A DNA stretch of 64,000 bases from Ramazzottius varieornatus. Taxonomy: Eukaryota > Animalia > Tardigrada. Shown here piece after piece: positions 52,335 through 64,000 of the stretch. Location of the stretch: assembly GCA_001949185.1 (NCBI GenBank), contig BDGG01000012.1, positions 1,680,795 through 1,744,794 on the forward strand, written 5' to 3'. The position numbers were made by a program, and so were the translations under genes. The notes beneath the pieces are model-generated. The model saw nothing but the letters and a program-made list of their open reading frames with translations, was not told the origin of the DNA and searched no databases. The number at the start of each line of letters is the position of its first letter. The stretch's first letter is position 1.

Positions 52335-55150
52335 TTACTGACTGCTACTAGACGACGCATCGCCGTTCTCCCTCGTCTTCAACGTTGCTTCCAAGTCATC
52401 AGCTTCCTTATGTTGGCCCACCGACCTGTAGTACTCGATCCAAGCTCGGCTGTAGTCCTGTTGTCCATCTGCAGAAGTCGTTACAGTGGCCGCAGCTTGA
52501 GTAGCATCAGCCTGCGGAGTGTTGGCCGTGTTGTAATAGTATGAAGCGGAGGTCGCGTCAGCTCCATTGGTGGTGCCAGGAGCTCCTGCGGGTTCAGCAG
52601 AAATTGGCTGAGACATCGCTGGTACCGCTGGCATATACGCGTTAGCCATGGCTGGTTGGGCGGGCATACCTCCCATGGCTGCCATTTGGTAGTACTGCTG
52701 ACAGTAAGCGCTCCAAAAAGCAGCCGAAGGATCACTAGAGTTGGCAGCATTCGGGTCCCAGTAATGGTTGCCACCACCACCGTGACCACCGTCCCAGCTA
52801 CCGCCACCTTGCTGGTGATGACCACCGCCGCCACCACCACCCCCACCATAGTGTCCTCCGGGACCTCTCTATAAACAGACACGCTTCGTTATCACCGTAA
52901 CGTCCAAAACTCTCGAGTCCTATGGTGACGAGCTTCTACCTTATCAGCCTTAACACGCTTGCAAAGAGAAAGACGGGCAAAACACTGATCAATGCTTACC
53001 GGTTGCTCTTGCATCTTTTCCTCGATCATGCGTTTCGCCGCTTCGACACATTCCCGGCTTCCTCGTACCCAGAAAGCTCGATCTTCGGCAGTTTGAGGGT
53101 AGTTTCGGTCAAGCTCCACTCGCGCTCCAGAACGTTCATTAATCATTCGGATCGTTTCGCCACCTATGGAAAACGGACTCAAAAACTGCGTTTTTGAAGA
53201 TTAAGGATTGGTGTCACCTTTGCCAATGATGATGCCTGTCTTGGCAGCAGGAACTTTGTAGATTTCCTCCACTTCATACTGACGAATAGGCTTCTGCTGA
53301 TTCATCATCAGCGCATTGCGCAGAAGATCTTCGACCATACGCTTGGCTTCCACAACCTGGCCTTGTCGACCACTGATCAAGCACGTCTTCTCTTCCAGAT
53401 GAGGCTGGTCCAAGTCTGCTTAAAAGATGGGTCGAAACATGGAAATTAAAGCGGCGTCCCCGATACCAGATTAGATTGATGCAGAAGCGAGAAACTTACC
53501 AACAAACTGAACTCGAGCGCCAGTTTCATTCTGAATGTCTCGGATGGTTTCTCCTCCTTTTCCAATGATGACTCCAACCCTCTCACGTGGCACCTTGACT
53601 TGATCTTGCACCTGCATACCCCGTTCTGAACCCGGACCAGGACCATCAGGAGTTGCAATCATTTCTTCCACCAAGCGTCGAGCTTCCTACAGCCAGCCAT
53701 ACAAATTAGTTTCCGTTCATATCAGCAGTACGGTTTTCTTACCATATTTCAGATAGATTTATCACACTTTTGAGATGGAGAAGGTTCTTACTTCAACTCG
53801 TGCTGGTTCGCCCGTGATCTTGATCGGCTTCGTGCTCATCGATGGATCGACGTCTTGGATGAGGAACATGCGGACACGAGTCTTATCCTGCAGGCTTCTG
53901 ATAGTCTCCCCACCCTTTCCGATCACTTGACCAACTTTATGCCTCGGCACGTGGACTTCGATAGTAATCGACTGAGCTCCGAGACCCGGATGTCCACCTT
54001 GGTGACCACCAGGTCCACCAAAACCACCACCTGCCGGTGAGGCTCCCGGACCCGGAAAGCTGCCCGGGAATGGCTGGTTTCTCTGGCCTTCCTTCTCGAT
54101 GATCTCGTTAACCATCTCTTTACACTTCCTGCGAACGGATAATAAGTTGGAAAGTTAATCCTTTGAACCAACTCAATCTCGTGGAATCTCTAGCTATTAC
54201 AGTAACTGCAAACTCTGTTTCATTAACGGATTATCCAGAAAATTCAGAAAACTGTTTTGCTTGATCATGCTGCTAGCTCATTTTGATCGTGCTACTAGTT
54301 CATTTTCGTCGGAAACATACTGGATGGCCTGTGGATTGCCGTATATCGTGCAAGGACGCTTGTCGCCGACTGGTTCTTGTCCCAGCTGGAGTTTCGCACC
54401 ACATGTGTCCTGTATCCGGCTGATGTTTTCTCCTCCTTTTCCAATAACTGCAAAGCAAAAAAAGCACAGTTGAATGGAACATCCAGCTGGGTTACTGTAC
54501 AGTGATACCACTCACTCAGGCCAACCATGCGGTTGGGTACAGTCCACTCTTCCTGCGTCTGTCCGTTGGGCATGTTGAACGCTCTGGAAGACCAGAACAA
54601 CGTCAGTCTTGCAGAACAGCCACCGGGTTTGTAAGATACAGGTTTGTCTTAGGCATAGTGGTAGCATAATGTGATCCAGATAAGGTACGGCGAAGTGAAT
54701 AGTGTAACGAGTGACATGGTAAGAAAATGCATAACGATATGGTCAAGCACAATCAGTCATGTACCCATTCATCCCGGGCATTCCTGGTGGTCCTGAAATC
54801 AACAAGGCAACATAGCAAGACATAATGGCCTAATCGCCAAGCCTCTTTCACAGGCTGGAGGTGGCCGGGACCTACATACATACCCGAGCAGGACATCTAT
54901 CCCAACAAAGAACAGCTACTGAGACTTATACCAATCAACAAAATCAACTCACCCGCACTAAATCGTTTGGCAGGTGTTCCCCCGCCGCCATCTTCTTCCG
55001 GGAAGGAGCGCTTTCCTTGCTCCGCCAGCGCCTTGGCTATCTGAAAAAAATAATTACCCAATCTCAACTTACTTTTGCATGCCAGAATGTGACATCGAGC
55101 AAACTGCAAACCTCTTTTGCCTTCTTGAGAGCCTCTGCAAAGTCAGTCAT
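52335..55150 (-). CDS. FUBP1: Far upstream element-binding protein / KHSRP / PSI
   Basis: N-terminal 'DFAEALKKAKEIA', four KH domains with 'IGKGGE', C-terminal 'DYSRAWIEYYRSVG'. Paralogue naming uncertain. Confidence 0.9.
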
Positions 55151-56259
55151 GGTTTTCGAGATGACGGTAGTCTTGGTAATCCTGAACACTGCGGCACAGA
55201 CGAGCTAGCAGAGGATCTCAGATCTCTTTTCCCCGAGAAGCTCAGGCCAGAGTGATAGCTCAAGCCTACAAATCCTACACGTGTAACCGCGTAAACATCA
55301 ATCGAATCGAATTATCCAAAACTGCGGATAAAAACTCATAGAGTTTCGAAATAATCACTGTAGAGCTGCAGTACTTTGCTTGCTGAAAACAACGGCGTGC
55401 CAAATGCAAGTTGGATCAGCACTCGTCCTAGACCGGTGAGATATACCCATCAACAGACACGCCAAGCAGAGAGACTTGATCTAATCCCTCAGCGCCAAGG
55501 GTGGGGAATCAAGTTGGGATCTAACTTTTCACAAAGAAGTACTCTGATTCTATTGGCGCCACAGTTTCCTTCTGTTTCGGTTATACAGTCCTACCTGTCA
55601 GATGTGACAGTTCAAACGCCTGAAATCAGTTCCGGATGGTTCATGTGTGCACGGATTTGCTCGCCATGCTGTTCGCATGAGACTGATCAGCTGATCAGTC
55701 ACGCGCTTGATCACTTGAGCAAGCCAAAAGACAACCGGACGTCGATCAGCTGATCGTGCTGCGCAGTGCGTGACCCTCAGTCTTGTGCAGAAACGCTGTT
55801 CGGTTGCAGAAGAAGCAATTGTCACATCTCACAGGTAGGACTGTACGGTCGATGATGTCACGAATATTCTCTCCGCCTCAATATTCGAAGAACGCAATCT
55901 ATCAACCGATTGAACGTGTTGTCCCACTATCCGGCAACGCTAAGTACATCAGCTCATCAGTGCTGCGCGCCTGTAGGAATGACTCGTACAGTGTACCAAA
56001 AACTTAACCGTCGATAATAGGCGTGACAATTAAACGGGAGCTGAATTATCTTGCGACCAATAACGGTTTTGATTCGCCGTATGCGCAAATTTCATTGACC
56101 ATTTCCATCTGGCTCCTTCTAACACCCATTTTCGACGGTTATTTTTTGGTACACTGTATGGTTTAGACTGGGAGTTTGGAACGCCGAGATCCGGTTCTTC
56201 TCCGTCGTCGGTTTTCTTCGATCCGAACATCTGTGTAAGGGACTCTAGGGAGAGAAGGA

Positions 56260-56830
56260 TTAGCTGGGTTCTGTAGGTCAGCTATAACCTCCACCTTGTT
56301 CGAACCTGCGGAATTCGTCTCCATCGCAGTCAGTCCACACGTGAGTTTCCTTTCATCCATCAACTCATGAATGACAAACATAATGTTCCAGAATCATTTT
56401 CTCTTAACAGTGATGAATGCATATGCAGGAATAGCCCACGGGACAGAAGAGCAGAAAAATCGATCCCGTTCGAGATTCTCTGCCTATCTGTCGATGGCAG
56501 GTTTCCACTTATCGTCAGGCTAATTTCGTTCATTTGATGCGGTGAGTGCTATCGCCGTCGACACTTCTTCTGCGCATTTCCCCTTTGTCGTCATGAATGA
56601 AATAATTCGCGAAAAAGATGAGATGGACACTGTCCAGCCCTTCGAGGACAAACCACAACCATTTCCGGTCGTTATGCCAGGCACAGGAGATATCACTATG
56701 TAAATATTACTTTTGACGCACTTGATCTTGCAACATGATAGGAAAAACTTCAGCCATGTTTTTACTTTTTTAGTTTCGGACTCAACAACAGATTCGAAAC
56801 AGCGTTTCCTTTGGCATTGACAAGCAAGGT
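56260..56830 (+). repeat. Inverted diverged duplicate of CHIC upstream region and exons 1-2 (source ~45240-45845)
   Basis: e.g. GACAGAAGAGCAGAAAAATCGATCCCGTTCGAGATTCTCTGCC and TTTCGGACTCAACAACAGATTCGA are present as reverse complements in the CHIC gene. Confidence 0.92.
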
Positions 56831-59800
56831 ATTTATGCACGCAGTTTGCGGTTTACATGAGACTTTGATGGCGGTTGTCCGCTTTACCGTTAATAGTCGA
56901 ACTGTTTTGTGTTGCAGGAGTACTGTGATAGGATTTGTCCCCGGAAACTGATGGACAGACGTCCTGATACTCAGAACGTGGTAATAACGGCGCCAGCCGG
57001 TGTCGAGTATCCGGTCTTCAAAAATATACTAGTAAGTTGGGAAGATGGGTTTGTAACTTATGCACGAGCACTCCTTGTAGACGCAAGTCACATAACTGCC
57101 AATCGAAACTTTGCACCGAGTTGGGATGCATTTCAAACCGTACAAGCATACCTGGTCTTTGCGTATGTCTGCAGGTGAAAGCAGCTTTTGCTGCTCAGTG
57201 TACTCCGAGTACGACAAAGCCTTCTACGTCAACCCAAGAAGAGCTGCGCGGTAGAGATATTGCGCAGTCGGAAGCCGCTGAGCTGGGATCTACTGATAAC
57301 CGCAAAGGCGAGCAGGAGCGTTGCATCACAGTCGAATCCACGTACGTTCAGGCCAGCTCGTTTGGTGATTCTGTGAATGTTTCCTGTTAAATGGGGTAGT
57401 AACTAACATCCTTCTGTCGATTTAGGGCTATCACTATATGCTTCGAGCTGAAAGAGACTGATGTTCAGCTTGTGAAAGGCGTTGAGCAGATCAACAAGGC
57501 GAAGACGCGAAGTTTCCTCATCAACCTCATTGACTTTCCCGGTCACATCGACTTTTCCAGTGAAGTCACAGCTGCTCTCCGTGTCAGTGATGGAGTTCTC
57601 GTCATCGTGGATGCCGTCAATGGTAAGAAACCATTTAGTTTCTCCATAATTCTCAGTTTCTTATATTTTGGCCATGTGATGATTCCCCAATCCCCATGCC
57701 TAAGAAATTGCTCTCTACGTTCTGTCTAGTTTTTATTTGTGCTTTCATTTTATGGATTTTTTGTCTGATTTCGCCATTCCTATTCCGCTCGTTAATCCCA
57801 TGGTGAAATTCGATATTCAAAGTGTTTGTCTTGCAGGTGTTTGCGCGCAAACTGAGACTGTCCTTCGACAGGCCGTTGCTGAGCGAATCAAGCCCATCCT
57901 CTTTATGGACAAGATGGACCGCGCACTCCTCGAACTTCAACTCCAACAGGAAGATCTGTACCTAACCTTCACTTGAATTTTCGAATCTGTCAACGTTATC
58001 GTCGCCACCTACTCGGACGAGCAAGGTACGACAATACCTTTGAGCTCGGGCTGCTCCGTAACATACCCGACTGAATTTTTATCGCAAGTGTTGCACGTTT
58101 TCAGTGTTATACAGTACAGTAGGCGGAAACTGTGCGCCACTTCGAAAACGATTTTGTCGAGTTTCCATGCCTATGTGACTTGTCGAGTTTTCATGTCTAT
58201 AGGCTATGTCCTGTCTGTTCTTTTCATCACTACTGCAGGCTGGTGGTATAGATTAACCATTTATTTCATTCTTCTCGTGACTGTAACCGAGTTTGTTGCA
58301 CCTAGGTCCGATGGGCGACACCAGGATCGATCCCTTAAAGGGTAACTGCGGTTTTGGTTCCGGTCTCCAAGGTTGGGCCTTTACCCTGAAGCAGTTCGCC
58401 GAAATGTACGCTACCAAGTTCGATATCAGTTCCGAAAAGCTGATGAATTTTCTGTGGGGTTCTTCAACTACAAAACATCGAAGTGGAGCCAGCAAAAGAC
58501 CAGCTCCGACGAGATGCGTTCCTTTAACTTCTTCGTCCTCGACCCCATCTACAAGATCTTCGATGCCGTTATGAACTTCAAGAAAGAGAAAACTGACGAG
58601 CTCCTGCAGAAGCTCGGTATCGAACTCAAGTTGGAAGACAGAGGAAAGAAAGGCAGGTATTTCGCGGGAAATTTTGCGTTTCGCTCTTTCGCGATAAAAT
58701 TGAGAGCGTTGCGCACGCTTTTAGCCAATAACACTGTAAACGTGCGCCACTTCGGAAAACAATCTTGTCGAATTTGCTTACCAAGCCGTTTTTCACTTAT
58801 CTTGGGTGTTTGTTCGTTGTCTAATTTTCTGGTGTTTTTTTCAGGCAAACGTCTGCTGCGAATCATTCTGCAGAAGTGGCTGCCGGCCGGAGAAGTGCTG
58901 TTCCAGATGATCACTCTGCACTTGCCTTCGCCGGCCACCGCCCAGAAGTACAGGATGGAGATGCTATACGAAGGACCTCACGACGATGAGGCCGCCATCG
59001 CCATCAAGAACTGCGACCCCGAAGGTCCTCTGATGATTTACATCTCGAAGATGGTGCCCACCTTCGACAAGGGTTGCTTCTGCGCCTTCGACCGGGTCTT
59101 TTCCGGCAAAGTCCAGTCTGGCCAAAAGGTAACTGTTCTTTCGTAACAAAGACTACTCTTCTGTCCACTTTTTCAACACCAGTGTTTTATCTTCTTTAGG
59201 TGCGAGTCATAGGCGCCAAGCACGTGCCAGGGAAGAAGGACGACTTGTACGAGAAGTCCATCCAGCGAACTGTCCTGATGATGGGCTGTAACACGGAAGC
59301 TATGGAAGATGTGCCTTCGGGTAACATCTGTGGATTAGTTGGTTTCGGTCGAAGTTTGGCCAAGTGTTCCATCACAGGTGTCGAAGGGATTTACAAGCTC
59401 AAAGACACCAGAACGTAACGAGAAACTCTCGTTTTACATGCTATATTTACTGACTGGGCTTTCTTTCGCAGACCTGAAGGAAGTGATGGCGGATCCCGAG
59501 AATCCAGTTTGGGGTCGGAGGAGAGCTGGGTCAACGAGCGAGCCCAGCAGGCTTGTAGAGGCGAATCTGGCCTTCGCAGTAGGAAGAGGAAAGGAAGTAG
59601 TCCAAGCACGCTGAGAACTGTCATCTGGAAGGATCCCTTCTGGGCCACTGTATCCGGTTTCGCTATGGTGGCGTTTGTGCTGGTCATTAGCTTTACTGCA
59701 CGGGTTCTTGTACAGTACATTCCTCTTTCTCGACTTGTGCGCTTGAATGGCACATGGGATACGGTAGTGGACAGTTTCTTGAAGCCACGTGTGTTGGCCA

Positions 59801-59862
59801 ACGTTGCGCTCATGAACCGGGAATGGATTGAGTTTCATCTTCGCAACAGCACAATCTTCTGA
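56593..59862 (+). pseudogene. Chimeric CHIC-unknown-eEF2-TM gene or pseudogene
   Basis: Exons 56593-56699, 56774-56828, 56918-57031, 57175-57341, 57426-57622, 57837-58025, 58306-58652, 58845-59128, 59200-59414, 59472-59862. eEF2 homology ~57257-59343. TGA at 57974-57976; frameshift at ~58459. Confidence 0.8.
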
Positions 59863-62042
59863 ACCTACGGAAAGACGGTTGGATTCGAAGAATTCTTTAG
59901 AATGCTACAACAGGAATCCGGCCACAGTATTTCAGAGTTTATTTCGGTGGAATTAAAGGATCAGTATACATTCCAGAATTTTGCTGTCGAGGTAACTTGT
60001 CTAGCGATTGTTTTATTCTTTCTGTTGTTGATTTGTATATTACTTACCGCCAAAGAGGACAAGTCTCTTGCTGAGGGTTCTCCATCAGGAAGACGGAGGA
60101 GACCCGTGAAGCGTCGTTTGGGTTCCAGGAAGTGACTATGTGAGGTCTTGGTGGATCATGTATGCCTCTCTGTTTGCTTTATTTGATGGTATCAGACTAT
60201 TTCGTAAGACCTAACGGTTTTTCTTGCAGTTTCTCTTCAAAGTGGACAGAGATCATCCCACAGTTTTTTCTTGGTAATGCAGCCTCAACATTTTTCTTTC
60301 ATACCAATGTTACAGTGATCGAATCCGTCGTCATTGTGATTTTGCTAAAATAATTTGTTGACGCCAATTTTTTTGACAATTTTATCTTCTGCAAAAAATC
60401 ACTTCTTTTGTTCAAGTCTGTGATTTAGAACTCCCGCAAAATATTGCTAACACAAGCTCAGACCGCGGGCTCTGAAACGAGCTGATAAGTTCCGCAAAAA
60501 GAAATTGGGTCGGAGGATTGTCGGGTAGAAGGCCGGCACAGACCTTCAAGCGGAAGCGCAATTATGTCCAATCATGTAATTGTTCCAATTATGTCTGGCT
60601 TTGCCCAAGAATACCTTACAGTTCAGGCTATTTACCAGCGCCATTATCGATAATTTTCGGGTAGTCCATAGTGGAAAGGAGAAAAACATTGAGGTTTTTC
60701 CAACCCCGCTAACCTGGCGCAGCGACCATGTGGTTTTTTCGAGTGGGATTTCGAATTTATTTTTTCAAAAACTAAGTCCAAGAAGTTTCTGGCGGTGGTC
60801 TCTCTACGACCTCGGCTTTCGAAATTCCACTTCACTTCTCCCTTCAGTTGATGAACTCGAGGAAAATAAAATTGGGAAAAGGTGGGGGTGAATACTTCTT
60901 CCGGTCTCATCTGCCCCAAGTTTCTCTCCTCAGCTTCATCGTAACTTTCGCGTGCGCTTCGAAAACTGAAGAAAAGTTTGTTGATGGTTTAGAATGCCAT
61001 CAAGAACTAGAAATCCCATCAGCGAAGTGGGAAGCAAATTTCGAATTAGTGTGGCTGAACCCGACAAGTCATAGGAAGTGACCTCCACATGGGTTTCGGC
61101 AGCTCAATTTCCGGAACATTGACCAATAACACGATTGTTCAGGAAACGGTTTTGAAGTTTTGGCACCCCAGGGGCAATCTTTAACTACTAATGCGACCTA
61201 GTATAATAAACATCGAGCAACCAGATTCTGACATCCATTTGGCCGTCTGACCAGCGGTCAGTTGGCTACGTCGAAAAAGTCTGAATGGGTTCGAAATTTC
61301 AACTGAAAAAGTTCTGACGTCACAATGACGTCTGTAGCATGAAAATACGTAGGTGGTCGATCTGGCATCAAACCCCCTGGCGGGGGATGTGTCAGTTATT
61401 GGTTATCCCTAAAACTTTCCAGGGTGTCTTCCCGAAAAGGCGAACAGTTTTATAAGACTTTGAGCCACGGCGAGGAACGGCAAAGCTACCATCCGATGCC
61501 CCTGAATATTCTCTCATATTCATGTCAGAAAAGGGCCACTTAGTAGTAAAAATGAGTTTGCGGAAATTGGGCCGCCGAAATCCGCATGTTAATTGTCCCT
61601 CAGGAAGAATAGCTGTGTACGGCCATGGATATCGGTCCCTTTTACCAGCACGAAAAGAACCACATCCTCATCGTCGTGGCGAACATCTAGTGTCCGTCTT
61701 GCTCACGATGGGTCTTTGGAGTTAACAGCTGTACAGTGTCCCTATCGAGTCGAAACCACGAGAGGTAATTGAATTTTTATTCTCATAAACTAGGATGGGC
61801 CCGACCCGACCATGGTCACGCGATCATGCGACCATGTTCGCCCGATCACGGAAAGTGTGGCTCAGCAAAGAGGTCTCGACTCGTGTCATGAAGGAGAACT
61901 AAAGACGCTGTGTGGCAGATGGGAAGCTGTACTCAGGAAACGACGCGTCCAGTGGGAGATGAAACTCGAGAAACGTGCCGAGAAGACCTGCAGGTACGAG
62001 GAGCAAGGTCTTACTTTGCTCAGCGTACAACTTTGCTCACTA

Positions 62043-62773
62043 TACAGGGTGATTCCTGTAAGTTTGACCGATTTTGAACTTGAAAAGAAAAATCAGCAGT
62101 GTCTTCCCTTTTTCCAAACTTTACTTCCAGATAGTAGCAGCTCTCGGAAACGTCGTGTAGAACTCTAGCTGAGGTGCGGTGCTTTGGGGGAAGCATCGGC
62201 GTAAAATTTTTCGCAACCCGGAAGTTGAGGAGCTTTCGCCAAACCGAAAGTTGGCGTCAGTATAATTTACGGCGTGATGAAAACGTTTTAAAAATATTTC
62301 GCTGATGCTATTCTGTCAGTAACACTATCTGAAATCAGCAAAATTTTATATTCTGTGAGCGTTCGTTCTGTCGGTGGAACCGTGAGCGACAAACGCACCT
62401 GTAAGCAAGATATTTTCATTGACTTCCCGTTTATTTTCGCGTTTTCGTTTCACGGCGGTTCAAAAATGTTCTTTTGGTTTTCTTTTAGTAAGACATACAT
62501 TTACCTATCGTATAAAAATTATTCCAGAAAATTATTCCAGAGTCGGTGGTTTCGCGAGTGAGCTGTAATTAATCTGGCTGATCGGGAAAGTTTTGCGCGT
62601 AAAGATCATGGTTTTCCACGAACCCTAGCAATCAAACGATCAAAGTTTTGTTCAGCAAATCTGCATGGAAATGCAAGTCGAAGAGATGCTCTTTCGAATG
62701 AATAGAAGGATGATAATATCAAGCGCTTTTCTGCAGATCTTTATAATCGGTCAAATTTATGGAATACCATGTA
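62043..62773. mobile_element. Degenerate Tc1/mariner non-autonomous element (~730 bp)
   Basis: TA|CAGGGTGATTCCTGTAAGTTTGACCGATT ... AATCGGTCAAATTTATGGAATACCATG|TA. Confidence 0.65.
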
Positions 62774-63173
62774 CCTCACGAACCATATGCAGGCTTCTTG
62801 GGCTTTGTGACGTAGGTCTGTGCAGCGAAACCTGAGGCGGAAGTAGAACATGAGAAAACTTACATGACCAGCTGCTGAAATGCTCGAAAGAAGTTTATTC
62901 GGTCCTAGGTTCCTACCGCAGAGCTCCTGCATGAGAGAAAAGCTTAGGATACGTGTACTGAAAGAGGAAAGTATGTTAGGTCTACGGCGGCCTTTTGGTC
63001 TTGAATTCCGTAATTTTTTTGTGGTTTTATTCGTTAGAGCTCCCTCGGGAAGAATGGAGATGCACCTACCTGTGCTTTACATTGGTCACCAAACCTTGTA
63101 TCAGGCTTCGAAATCAGAGAGACCCAAGACAGCTGAGTTCGAAATTACAGAACTCGGCTGGCCCTTCTAGCAG

Positions 63174-63701
63174 CTGCTTCGGACTCGTCCACGATGAGAA
63201 ACGAACCGTCAGCGATCTGCACTCAGGTGCAGATCGATGCACTCAGCGTGGAGATCCTTTTCAAACACGAACGCAACCGGCAAGCACCGAAGATCAAGGA
63301 TCAAGTCTCGATGGCCCCCTCTTCACGCGCACTTCTCGAGTCCACCGTCGGCTCCTTCGCTTACATCGCCGAAGCTCTTCTCAAAGATCCTTTAGTTTGT
63401 CCTTCATTTGTAGACTTGAACAGCCCTGGGTCTTTCGAAAACTATGTCGGTAAACTCCATCTTTCTAAATTCATGTGGTGCAAGAAATACATTGACGGAA
63501 ATCTACTGGTCTGAAGCTTGTTATTTTTAAAATTTTATCCCTTTCTCTCGGCGCTCTTGCCATATTTTTCGAATTTTGTTCATACAGCGCAGAGCCTGGC
63601 TATGCATTCGAACAAAAAAATAATAAAGTTTATTATTAAGGAGCTGGAGGTCCAAGCCAGGAAGGGACTGTGGAAGACCACGAGTGTACCTATGGGCATC
63701 G
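63174..63701 (+). CDS. Possible exons of an unidentified gene running out of the window
   Basis: Two open stretches bounded by AG/GT (~63174-63449 and ~63588-63701); no recognisable homology. Confidence 0.25.
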
Positions 63702-64000
63702 GTCAGCTCGTATGGCACCTCGTCCTTTTGTTACGGCATGACAGTTGTAATACAGTCCGGCCGCTCGAAATCTGGTACCTGATTTTGCGATTTCAAAATA
63801 CAAAATCGTGCAAAATTGACGATACTGGGAGCCATACCGACACAGCCAGTCGACATGCGGGTTGATTACTTGATCACACCAGTAGAGCTACGGTGTAATT
63901 TATGTGTAATGTAATTTCGGCCTTGGCTTGTGCTGTATGGCGAATGTATAGCAGACTTCAGCAAAAATTCGGAGAAATAGGTACCAGATTTCGATCGACC

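Noticed and set aside
57974-57976. In-frame TGA as selenocysteine or readthrough
   Set aside because: It aligns to an Arg of eEF2 (CGA>TGA) and is followed by a frameshift; ordinary decay is simpler.
59902-60135. Small ORF with an apparent TM helix
   Set aside because: The hydrophobic stretch coincides with a T-rich GTAACT...AAAG intron-like segment.

Overview
Compact, intron-rich invertebrate nuclear DNA (many 55-100 nt GT-AG introns, genes 0.2-1 kb apart, several head-to-head pairs). The architecture and gene set would fit a tardigrade, but that is inference only. Recognisable genes in order: peptide-type class A GPCR, DAZAP1/Hrp48-like RRM protein (spans an N gap), MS4A/CD20-like protein, DUS2, secreted ApeC protein, MRPL51, LUC7L3, WIPI2/Atg18, SHMT, C19orf47-like protein, stand-alone PAW-domain protein, SCCPDH, BTB-BACK protein, PAXBP1/GCFC, CHIC, PDPK1, an orphan coiled-coil protein and FUBP/KHSRP. 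DNA-transposon derivatives include a P-superfamily element with a 7-bp TSD inside the GPCR intron and several MITEs. The most unusual locus is 56.3-59.9 kb. There, an inverted copy of the CHIC upstream region and exons 1-2 is joined, in frame and with intact splice sites, to exons of an unknown gene, an intron-containing eEF2 fragment and a transmembrane terminal exon. This chimeric gene now carries one nonsense codon and one frameshift. No tRNA, rRNA or CRISPR features were recognised. Exon boundaries were read by eye.
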